The position numbers and the translations under genes were made by a program. 64,000 nucleotides of DNA, from assembly GCA_040285825.1 (NCBI GenBank), contig JAUPSS010000013.1, positions 434,001-498,000 on the forward strand, written 5' to 3'. The stretch is from Eukaryota sp. TZLM1-RC. Lineage: Eukaryota; Protista; Metamonada: BaSk clade. The notes under the pieces are model-generated. The model ran no database searches. It worked only from the letters and a program-made list of their open reading frames with translations, and was not told the DNA's origin. Shown here in pieces: positions 10,591 through 20,479 of the stretch; position 1 is the stretch's first letter, and the number at the start of each line of letters is the position of its first letter.

Positions 10591-13545
10591 CTGCCCTTTC
10601 TTCTTTTCGAGCGTCGAGGCCTGATAGGAGTTGGATTAACATTATTGTTAATATTATCAGAACGACGTTTACGGCGTGAAGGACGAGAGCGAGTATTAGA
10701 AATAGACTTGGAGAATTCTTTATAGGCAGATGTGTTTTGAACAGTCGAAACCAGCTCAGTGGAAATATAGTTGCCAGGCCATTGGACTTGACAGTAATCA
10801 CCATCCTGACTGAGGACTTTCTGGATCACGTGCTCTTCTGCATCGCCAGCAGCAACCCAGGAGTGATATTCATCATCTACTGGTAAACTGGAATGCCAAG
10901 GTTGGAGGTGCTTCACACTGGCTTTAACAACCATACCAGTACACAGGTTCTTGATGTCAGCTGTGGAGGTAGAGGGTGTGTCAATAACTAAAAATGGTCC
11001 TTTGTAATTACCATGTAACTTAGCAGTGGAAGACGAAGCTCGTTTGACCAATTGGCCAGGAGAGAAAGGGTTGGCTTCGATTTGGGAATCACGAGGAGGA
11101 GCCTTGGAAGCTTGACGGAGCTCTGCTTCCTCCTGTTTCTTCTTCAATCTGGCAAATTTGGATTGAATGTCGTTGATGTAGGTTGACTCAGACGTTGAGC
11201 TTTCAAGGGTCTCTATGATTTTGCCGGGGTCAGCTCTTGGGCTAAAATCTGAACCAAACATGAGCTCGTATGGAGAGTAACCTGTAATCGAACTCTTGGA
11301 TGAGTTGATTAAGAATTGTACATAGGGTATGTACTCTGACCATGCATCGTAGGCGTTAAAATCTACGAGCAGCTTCCTCAAATTCTGCAAAATGTCGCGG
11401 TGACGGCGTTCGACTAAACCGTTGGACTGAGAGAAGTGAGGGACGGACTTTGAGACCTCTATGCCCAAAAACTCACATAGAGCGTCGAAGACAGCTTTTG
11501 AGAACGCAGGACCGTTGTCACTATGGACTATGAACGGAATCCCGAAAATCGGACATACCTTCCATATCAGAGCGTCGGCGGTAAGGTTGGCGTTGAGTTC
11601 TTTGAGAGGGACTATGATAGTGAACCTCGTGAAGCTATCCACAAATACAAAAATGTATCTGTGGCCGTCATGATCTTCTGGAAGAGGACCAATGACGTCG
11701 ACATTAACTCTTGCGAATGGTCTGTCAGCCCACAAGGAACCAGTTGTAGGGACATGCAGTTTGGGGACTGCTGCTGTCTTCTGACAGGAGGGGCATTCTT
11801 GGACGTGCTTCGTCATGTCTGAAAGCATGTTAGGCCACCAGTAGTCGCTGTTCTTGAGTCTGAGGAGACTTTCTGCTTTACTGGGGTGGCCACCTTGCGA
11901 GAGTCCATGTAGAAGGTTAAGCATATCCTTAACCAGTGATTGAGGAATCACGATCTTGTGCTCTGGAGTCAGATAAAGATCTAGACGACTATCCAAAGTA
12001 CAGTTGTTAAACGAGGTGTCCTGGTTAGCGAGGGCTCGCTTTTGTTCGGACCTGATCTTGCAGAGCCATGGCTCGAAGAGTGGAAGGTCATTGGAGCATT
12101 TATCTTGAAGGATAAGCACCTTCTCGAATGTATGGAGATCTTCAACGAAGCATCTCTCTGACTCAGTTTCATCAATCCTGTGTGTGTAGTAGATAGGGTG
12201 AAACTCTTGGTCGTTGGAATGGACCAGATGGTTGATGGTATGATTGTCTTGGGGCGGTACTATCCTAGATAGCATGTCTGCCCAATGGTTCTCTTCCCCT
12301 TTTGTATGAACGATGTCGAATAGGAACTCAGAAAAGATGGGAAGCCACCTTCTGACTATTCTGTTTTTGTTCGGAGCGGTAAGCATGTAAGTAAGGTTTT
12401 GGTGATCTGTGAAAATGATCAGACGCCTTCCTTTGAGGTAGTTCTCGAAGCCACTTTCGGTAAGCATGAGAAGGATGGCATAAAGCTCTTTCTGTACCGT
12501 GGGCCAGTTCTGCTGGGAGTTAGTCAACAATCTGCTGAAGAAGCTGATTGGTCTACATTTCCTATTGAGTAAGGAAGTACCAGGGTCCTTAGTGGGTTCT
12601 ATTTGTTCCCAAATCACGCCGCCAACTGCTATATCAGAGGCATCGCAACTAATTAGTACTTGGTTATCCACCGGAGGTAAGTTTAGAGGCATATGTTCCG
12701 CGATCAGGCGTTTGATTTCGGCTAAATGGTAGTCGTGAGTGTCTTTCCACTGCAGGCGACGTGGTTTGCCGTGTGTTAATTTGATGATCGGGGCAACATG
12801 CTTGGTTACCTGGGGAAGCCATTCCCTAATGAAGTTGACTGAGCCGATAAGGCTACGGGCGTCTTTCACAGTCTTAGGTCTGGGAAGATTCAGTAAAGAC
12901 TCTGTGCGTGTAGGATCAATGGTCCTGGTTTTGTGTTGGAATCTGCTACCAAGGATCTTTATTGGGTGTCTAGAGGACACAAAATGGCACTTGGGCAGTC
13001 CAAGGCTAACTCTACGGGTTCGAGCTTTCTCGAGGACACGTCTTAGACGTCCGAGGAACTCGTTGAAAGTTCTACCTACTATAATGATGTCATCTATATA
13101 GATGAATACACAGTCTCCGGAGAAGATGTCTGCCATAACGTTCTCGAAAACTGCAGGAACGTTCTTGAGGCCGAAAGCAGCACGTTTAAACATGATACTT
13201 TTGCCAGGGATGCTTAAGGCAGTCTTCTCCCAGTCCTTTTCTGCAATCTTTAGTTGCCAAAAGGCTTTGGGGAGGTCAAGGGTACCGATGAAATTGGCTT
13301 CCGAAAGGAAGACTAGCACATCGGATATTCTGGGGAGATTAGGTTCAACGGGAATAGTGTTGGCGTTGACTCCGTCCTTGCCGCTGTAATCACCAGTAAG
13401 GCGAGGCTTACGATGATCAGGGTATACCACAAGACATACTGGAGAGCTGAACTCATGGTTCGATGGTACAGCAAATCCAGACTCGACGAGTTCATCGAAG
13501 ATCTGTTCGGCGACTTTCTGCTTCTCGGGGTTTAACCTACGAGGG
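10575..13545 (-). CDS. pol: Pol: reverse transcriptase, RNase H, integrase, GPF motif, chromodomain-like tail
   Basis: LDLPKAFWQ, FGLKN, YIDD, CDASD, TDH, H..H..C..C zinc finger, DVIGP/SDNG/VER, YKGPF, EHVIQKVL..CQVQW. The frame extends upstream to PRRLNPEKQ near 13545, where one missing C separates it from gag-PR. Confidence 0.95.
10591..10607 (-). promoter_or_regulatory. Polypurine tract
   Basis: AAAAGAAGAAAGGGCAG lies immediately before TGTTAG of the 3' LTR. Confidence 0.85.
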
Positions 13546-15724
13546 GTCGTCTGACTCGAATACTTTCATCATGAAAGTTGATCTCCATTGGAGGACAGTC
13601 AATCCCATCAGCATGCGGCTTAAGGGTGAATGTTTCTTCGAACTCTTTCAAGGTTAGAAGTAAGGTCTTCTTGTCGTTATCACAGTCGAGGTTAATAGTA
13701 CAACCAGAAGACTGTATGTGCTCCAACCAACGTCTGGGGACGTTGACGACATCTGAGACTTGGGAGATTCGATGGTCGAATTCAGCCTCAGGCAGAAGTA
13801 ATGTACGATGTTCCTCATCCATCTTGATGAAGAGGCCTTCATCGTTCAATAAGCCTAGGTGATGCAACAGGTCTCTTCCAATTAGTAACATATTGTTGCC
13901 AGGAATGATGGCCAAGCTATGTTTCACATGAACTAATTGGGTTACACTACCGAGTCTGAAGCTCAGTGTGCCTTCTGCTGATCCTAAAGACTTCGACATG
14001 ATGTTGTTTGCAGACTTAAAGTTTATGCAATGGTTAGTCTTTACCATGTTGCATCTCTCTGCAAAATCAACAGTGATGACTGATATCGAAGCTCCAGAGT
14101 CAATGATCCCTTCTATTTCGCAGTTATTTATTGAAAATTTCAATTTTAAATTTTTGCGTGCGACATCTGAGGTGCGAACCATGAAGATATCGCTGTGGGA
14201 CTCTGAGTCTGGGTTCGAGTCGAACTCATGATTGAAACAGGGTTCATTTGGTGTTTCTATCGTTGTAGCTGTTTTAAAATTCCGGGTAGTCAAAGGATTA
14301 GTTAAACACTTAATCCACTGGTTGGAGACTGAGGTTTGTTTTATGTTTGGTGTTTTACGTGCTGGAGAGCTGTCTTGCTCTATAGTAAACAAGGAACATT
14401 TGTTTGAACGTTGCTTTGATGTATTACCTGTTGGAGAGCTATCTTGCTCTATAGTAAACATTGAATATTTATGGGAACGTTTATTACTACTAGAAGGGCC
14501 CTTGCCTCTTCCTCTACGTCTACCTCTGCCTCTACTACTACTACTACTACCCCTAGCCAAATATGCTCGAACAGCATCTGGGTTGGCATCTCGCCATTGC
14601 TTGGATCGCTGGCAATCAGGGTCGGGACATTCGTTAATAGAGTGGCCTGGAATACCACAGAATCTACAGAGACCAGCATTATCTCTTTCTTTCTTAATTT
14701 GTGACTTGCTCCTTTTGGTGAGTTGAGCAGGGGCGACACTGGAACCCGCAGGCTTAAATTTACCTATTCTTTTCTTGTCCTTTGGGTTTGCTCTAACATA
14801 GTGACCCATATGTTGTTGATAGCTGTCACTGATGTTGGCCCTTTGCTCGTCATAGGATCTTGCTGAACACCAACTCATGTATTCAGCAGCAAGGATGTCG
14901 ACAAATTGTTGTAAAGTATGATGTTGCCAAACATTGGGTATGGACCATACTGTTCTCAGGTTGTCACTGATGGCCTGAATACCAACAGAATGGATCATAT
15001 GGGTTGCAATTTCCCAGTTTTGAATGCGCTGTAGGAAATGTTGACCATACAAGGCACGGTCGCTTGCCCTGACGTCAGAAATGGTGGTACTTCGTGAAAC
15101 TGTTCTCATTAGCCTCACAGTGAAGTCGCCCCAGCGATTCCTAAAGTCCTGAATATTCCAATTCATCTGAACTCTATATAACTGATTCCTCGCCGTTTCT
15201 AAAGTACTATACTGGCTGAGGTGTAAAATTGATTCCCATATTTGCTCCTCATTAATGTTGTCGATAGCTGAGATACTATCAGACATAGACGAAAACCTGC
15301 CTTGAGCTCTCAGAGCGGCCAAGCACTCTGGAGTAACACAGGAGGCAATCCTACGAGGGTCGACTTGAGCAGCAGCTCTGAATCGGTCCCACTCGTGGAG
15401 GGGGTTACCATATCTCTCATCGAGAGGGAGGTTCCGGTTTTCTCTGCTTATGGATTGAGGAGTGGCAGGAGGACGAGAACGTTCCTCAAGTTGCCTTCTT
15501 AATTCAGACACTTCTCTTGCTAGTCTGACTTGAGTAGGATCAGATTCATTGATGTCTCTCTCTTCAATGGTCCTCTCAGTCCTAGCATACAGACTAAATC
15601 TGTCGATGAATTTCAAGATCCTTACTGGGTCAGAGATATCGTTGGCTTCCAGGGTGGGTTTTCTAGGACGACCACCTCTTTGTCTATCTCTATCTCTATC
15701 TTGTGAACTCGCCATAGCTTCCAT
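13532..15724 (-). CDS. gag: Gag-protease region
   Basis: CCHC knuckle CRFCGIPGHSINEC and aspartic protease IIDSGASISVI. In frame with the upstream ORF across one TAA at 15848-15850. Confidence 0.9.
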   Translation of the reverse strand: MEAMASSQDRDRDRQRGGRPRKPTLEANDISDPVRILKFIDRFSLYARTERTIEERDINESDPTQVRLAREVSELRRQLEERSRPPATPQSISRENRNLPLDERYGNPLHEWDRFRAAAQVDPRRIASCVTPECLAALRAQGRFSSMSDSISAIDNINEEQIWESILHLSQYSTLETARNQLYRVQMNWNIQDFRNRWGDFTVRLMRTVSRSTTISDVRASDRALYGQHFLQRIQNWEIATHMIHSVGIQAISDNLRTVWSIPNVWQHHTLQQFVDILAAEYMSWCSARSYDEQRANISDSYQQHMGHYVRANPKDKKRIGKFKPAGSSVAPAQLTKRSKSQIKKERDNAGLCRFCGIPGHSINECPDPDCQRSKQWRDANPDAVRAYLARGSSSSSRGRGRRRGRGKGPSSSNKRSHKYSMFTIEQDSSPTGNTSKQRSNKCSLFTIEQDSSPARKTPNIKQTSVSNQWIKCLTNPLTTRNFKTATTIETPNEPCFNHEFDSNPDSESHSDIFMVRTSDVARKNLKLKFSINNCEIEGIIDSGASISVITVDFAERCNMVKTNHCINFKSANNIMSKSLGSAEGTLSFRLGSVTQLVHVKHSLAIIPGNNMLLIGRDLLHHLGLLNDEGLFIKMDEEHRTLLLPEAEFDHRISQVSDVVNVPRRWLEHIQSSGCTINLDCDNDKKTLLLTLKEFEETFTLKPHADGIDCPPMEINFHDESIRVRRPLVG

Positions 15725-15847
15725 CAGTAGAGTGTTGGAATACTGGGGAGCTATGGGAGTGTTAGAAGGAGTTACTCCTAGGAGCCTAGGGTCCTGAGGA
15801 ACCTGGGAAAAAGTTGATGGATCCTGAGATTGGACAACTACAGGTTG

Positions 15848-17766
15848 TTACATTGTTTCAACAGTGTCAGTAGTTGCTATTGGCTCATCTTGTTGTTGGT
15901 CATCTTGAGGCTCAATGCTCAAAGATGAGAAAACTGTGTCTGTCTCAACTGGGTCAGGCTCAGAAGTTGTCAATTCTACTGGGTCATGATCGCTCGGATA
16001 GTAACTTTGCACATTACCATCGACATTGACCCACAGAAGAGAACTAGAATTGGTGACACCAATGTTCTCCTGTACATTCATCAGGGCATCCCTTAGTGGC
16101 CTATTCCTTCTATGCTCCGGACCAAAATATGACGCGCAATGGTCTGGTCTGCGGTCTTGAAGGTACAATCTTTGGTAGTTCGTAGTGTAAGTGTACCACC
16201 ATCCAGTCCTGAAGTCTCTATTGATATAAATATCAAGAGAGGCATTGTATCCAGGGCTAAACCTGGGGAAAGGACATGGGTTACATCGGTTGAGGAAGAG
16301 ATTCAGCTCATCACCAGCGAAGATCCTCTGTACACCTTCACGAGGAGTTCTGAACCCTCCAACAGTATCCCGTTGAGGATAATTTGGAGGGGGGTCACAA
16401 CGAACCGTAAGATTGTCTACTTCCTCTGTTGGGAAGTAAGGGCCTATTCTTCTGCGTATCCTAAAGCCGTGATCATTAACCACTTCTGGACCCCAAAATA
16501 GGGGTAAAGCAGCAATGAGTTCGTTGGGAGGAATCGATGCAGGATCTCCTTGCATTAACTCAATACCAGCATTGAGAACTAAAGTTTGAGCTTCAGTCCT
16601 CTGCTGAGTAGAGATGAAAGGAGAATCTGATTCCTGGGGCTGGCTTGGAGCTTGATAGGTGTTAGGCTGTGCAGCGCTAAGCACCTGCCAAGCAGCAGGA
16701 ACAGAAGAAACAACGTGACCTTGCTGAGGAGTCTGGCCAGAGGTTGGAGGGACATGAATTACTCCTCTAGTAGGAACTCCCGAAGGAGGAACAGATGGAG
16801 TTGAATGGACTTCTGTAGGAGCTACCGTAGTAGGAGCAGAAGTATCAGGAAGGCCTGCTACAGGAACTTCTTGAGAAGGAGTAGTAGGATTTGGGCTACC
16901 AGCAGGGACTGCAGGAAGAGCTGGTTGTTGCGGAGGGCTGCTTTCCATAGGAACTTCCCTAGAAGGAATGGAAGGAGCTTGTTGTCCTTCCCCGAGAGCT
17001 TCTGTAGAAGAAGTAGAAGGAACTTGTTGTCCTTTCCCAGGAGCTTCTGTAGAAGAAGTGGAAGGAACTTGTTGTCCTTTCCCAGGAGCTTCCGTAGAAG
17101 AAGTGGAAGGAACTTGTTATCCTTCCCAGGAGCTTCCGTAGAAGAAGTGAAAGGAGCAACAGGAGCGCAAACAATAGGTGAAGACGGAGGCTCTACCCTC
17201 TTGAGCTTCAACAGCTCAGATATCTTGTTGCTGGCCGAGTCAGGGTCAGTCTGGTTGATGATATACTTCAGATATTCATCTAAAGTACTGAACTGTTCAG
17301 GATCTAAAAGGGAATCTTCAACCTCTCCTTCAGAACCAGGGGGAGGAGAAAGAGGTACAAAGTTTTCCACATTAGCGGGAGGAACAGGAAGACTGATAGG
17401 TACCACAGGAACGTCATCCGTAGATGGAGTGGAACCTTGACCCGAGGGTAGAGAGGAAGTATCACTTCTCTCGCCACCAGTGGGTTGTTCTGTTTCCAAC
17501 TGAGGAGTTTGGGAGGAAGAACTTGAAACATTGGGTTGTGTAACAGAATCTCCGGAAGGAGGAGTTAACACAGGAGGAGGAGAAGCATTGCTTCCCTCGG
17601 ACCCAGTTGACAAGGGTTGTTCTGGTCCCGACTGAGGAGTTCGGGAGGAAGAACTCGAAGAGTGAGACGTAGGAGGATCAGTCCTAACAGTCTCGGAGTT
17701 GTCATTGGAACCACCCAAAGGTGATCCAATACGTATTGATGATCTGCGGGTGTTATGACGGGACAT
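15848..17766 (-). CDS. N-terminal extension of the retroelement polyprotein: disordered region, 45-bp repeats, unknown ~200-aa domain; broken by a 1-nt indel and TAA
   Basis: ORFs 16858-17766 and 15848-16948 join into one frame (TEAPGKGQQVPSTSS repeats) if one base is restored at ~17123. The ATG lies in the 5' LTR. Confidence 0.7.
16955..17150 (-). repeat. About 4 tandem 45-bp coding repeats (TEAPGKGQQVPSTSS)
   Basis: Repeated unit ACAGAAGCTCCTGGGAAAGGACAACAAGTTCCTTCCACTTCTTCT. Confidence 0.9.
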
Positions 17767-17901
17767 GACCTTATATGAAAAGTAGAGTAATTTATTACAA
17801 GGGAATGAGGATTTCCCTTAACTTAAGCGCATGGGCGCAATAATACTATAACTATCAATAAACTATCAATAAACTATTATAAATATTATCCAAGGCTAAC
17901 A
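17737..17901 (-). repeat. 5' LTR (165 bp)
   Basis: Identical to 10426-10590; contains the ORF1 ATG at 17766. Confidence 0.96.
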
Positions 17902-18365
17902 CTTTATATGAATTATACGCGAAACAAACGTCAATTATTTAATATAATTAATATAAGCTATTATTGAATGAAATACAACACACATGGTGTAACTTTACAA
18001 CAGCATTTGCTATTGACAAACACAAGTTTAAGATGTGGCATCAAAAGCCAACTTCAGTAATGAAATCATCTTGAAAAACGTGGTCTCGTCCATGCTCTAT
18101 TGGATAACATTGTGTGTAGTGGTGTTGAGAAATTTAATGAGGAAAAATCCCAATTATATACAATTATTTTTCATTTTGGAACATGAATTTGGTTCTCCGG
18201 TGATCAGAACAACAAGTCTGTGTCTAGCTCAATGGAAAAAAGAATTCACGATTTTCTGCAATTTGCAAAAGGTCAATGAAAGAATGGTGGAAAATCAGAT
18301 ATATCATATTTATATAAATGTTATACATGGATTAAGGAATCCTACAAATACAGCAAACAATGGTT

Positions 18366-18674
18366 CTACGATGGCCTCCATTGAGATACATTGTGTTTAC
18401 GTACTAAACGACCCACAAGAAAAGCGATGAGGATAACAATAATAACAGTAGAATAGAACATATACTCAACAATCTTCTTCTTGTGTTTGACGGCAGAGAG
18501 TTCTGCAGAGACAGAATCCATTTGCTGTTGGACTTCTTCCTTGGAATTTGCTACTTTTTGGCGGAGCTGCTCTAGTCGCTCTTTGGAATTGATGAGAAAG
18601 CCAGACTCTTTCAGGAGTTCTGAAGTATCAGTATGTAAAGACTTTATCAGCTCACTGGTAGAAGTAGAAGGCAT
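18366..18674 (-). CDS. Small coiled-coil, C-terminally anchored membrane protein (SNARE-like)
   Basis: 102 aa; heptad-like region, KHKKK, then a TM helix near the C-terminus. Confidence 0.6.
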   Translation of the reverse strand: MPSTSTSELIKSLHTDTSELLKESGFLINSKERLEQLRQKVANSKEEVQQQMDSVSAELSAVKHKKKIVEYMFYSTVIIVILIAFLVGRLVRKHNVSQWRPS

Positions 18675-19125
18675 TCTTGTGGATGTGGTTGTAATGTGAA
18701 TTTCACTTATGATGCATTCCCCTGTGAAACTCACTCCTGTTTACAACTTTCTCAATGTCTACTCACAGGCTGCAAGAGACATGTAGCATCATTTGACAAA
18801 GACAATCATGATCTTCGTCAATGGGCTACCTCACTTAAATACACCTACTGCTTTCACAGAACAAAGCCTTGCGACTTGATGTATCTAAGTGGATCTATCA
18901 AATGCTACTAAGGCATTTGTAGATCGGTCTCAAAAGATTTTGAAAAAATTGAAAAAAAAACTACAAAATAAAATAAAAGTTTTCCCAAAGTTTTTGTTTC
19001 TGTATGCTCACGTTCCCTATTCATCTCCTCAACAGAGCATCTTGGCAAATGTATCTTTCCGGCCACAATTCCGCTTTCTTCTTTATTTTAATATTTTTTG
19101 CAGCGGAAATATCTCTGCCATATAC

Positions 19126-20134
19126 TATTTGTATGAGTTATCTTGTGAACTTGAAAATTTGCCGCCACAAATTTGGACCAAATGTTTTCCTCAATCAATT
19201 CCAGAAATTCCAAACCGATCTCTGTTTAATTTGCAGTTTTGCTCTCAAAAGCTTCAACAAAAATTGTCAAAGATTTTTGAAAGCTTGGATTTTGATGTTA
19301 GACTTGGCTTGGCCAAGAAAAAGAATCCCGCTTTTGCAAATCTTTTACAAGATATGTGCGATAGTATCTCTGCCTTAGTAACAACAATTCCTGAAGTTTA
19401 TGGTACTCTCTTAACTGATTCTGCTTCGACTTTGAATATGAGATTTCGTTCCTTTATCTGGCCTGATAATTTACCTCATAATTTATTTTGTAGATGTTCT
19501 CGAAAAATTACAATTGCTCATTTGTTAAATTGTAAACATTTTATTATTTTTAGAAGCAAGGTTCACGATGCTGTAAGAGACCAATTATTTTTTGAATGGA
19601 AGTCTCATAGAATGGAACTTTTTTTGGAAATTCCAATGTCAAATCTGATTGATGCTGAAGATGATTTCCATAAGAATAACAGAGGTAATGTTATATTACC
19701 TGGATTACATGGTACATTCATTTTAGTGGAATTAATGTTTGTTGATCCTTGTAATTCCCTCACATTAGCGGCTCGCTAATTCAGAAATTTATAATCCTCT
19801 TTCAATTGCTGAAAAATTTCAAGATCAAAAAATTAAGTAAACATTTGTCCAAAGTGCATGCAAAATACAATTTGTATCCACTTGTATTTTCTTTATTTGG
19901 GTCGCTTGCGGCAACTGCTGTTTCTTATTTTGCCAGTTTTTGAAATGATTGTGATGAACAGGACTAACATTCATTTCAACAGATTGTTTTGGCAAAATAG
20001 AATTGTCTTTTCTATTTTTATGGGGATGTTGAACATGGTTCCTGATACTTTGCTTTCTCTTGAATTTTAGTATGAGAGAGTTGCATCTATTTGTTTGTTT
20101 TGGAAGAGATTGATTATTTAGATGCTGATTTATA
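19126..20134 (+). mobile_element. 5'-truncated, degenerate CRE-like non-LTR retrotransposon (family A)
   Basis: Closely similar to 50728-51751 (LPPQIWTKCFPQSI, HLLNCKHF..RSKVHDAVRD, FWQNRIVF). Confidence 0.88.
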
Positions 20135-20479
20135 AGTTGTTTAATATATGGATATTATCAAAAAACTTATACCACATAAATAATAGTGTTCGTTTGTTTG
20201 TTGGTTTTGTTAAATGTTATAGTTATAAAAAGGCTCGTGATTACAAAATATATTGATATAGTCATTCTCCCACAAAAAAAGGAAGGTTGCTGTTTATTGT
20301 GTAATCTATGAACTGACATAGAACTATAGAACGGTTTAGTCCCTGCTTGGTGGAAAATAGAATGCTATGTATAGCTGGTGAACCGTCGTTTTAAACGTTT
20401 TGAAGGGTGAATGAAAATTGAGCGAGTGTTCCAGGAATCTCAACGGCTTTCTTTCATCTTGCAAACACCTTTTTGGCGA

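Larger units (their letters stand above)
10426..17901 (-). mobile_element. Complete Ty3/gypsy LTR retrotransposon with chromodomain-like integrase tail (7476 bp)
   Basis: Identical 165-bp LTRs (TG...CA), 4-bp TSD CTTT (10422-10425 and 17902-17905), a PPT, and domain order gag-PR-RT-RH-IN. Confidence 0.96.

Noticed and set aside
13532-13550. Programmed gag-pol frameshift
   Set aside because: It falls after the protease at a CCCC run where one extra C restores RRPPRRLNP, and there is no canonical slippery heptamer. More likely an indel or a long-read homopolymer error, as at ~51510, ~57690 and ~57555.
15848-17119. TAA read as Gln (alternative genetic code), suggested by TAA at CAA positions
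   Set aside because: Conserved host genes end properly at TAA (HSBP1, DeSI, Vta1, HPt) and TAG (eIF3i, ABCA, PiT), so the code is standard.
16955-17150. CRISPR-like periodic repeats
   Set aside because: Contiguous 45-bp coding repeats with no unique spacers and no cas genes.
11461-17440. Many plus-strand ORFs inside the LTR element
   Set aside because: Antisense shadows of the long minus-strand frame, with no motifs.
18889-19779. 296-aa ORF as a real gene
   Set aside because: Chance fusion of AT-rich flank with a decayed family A retrotransposon fragment.
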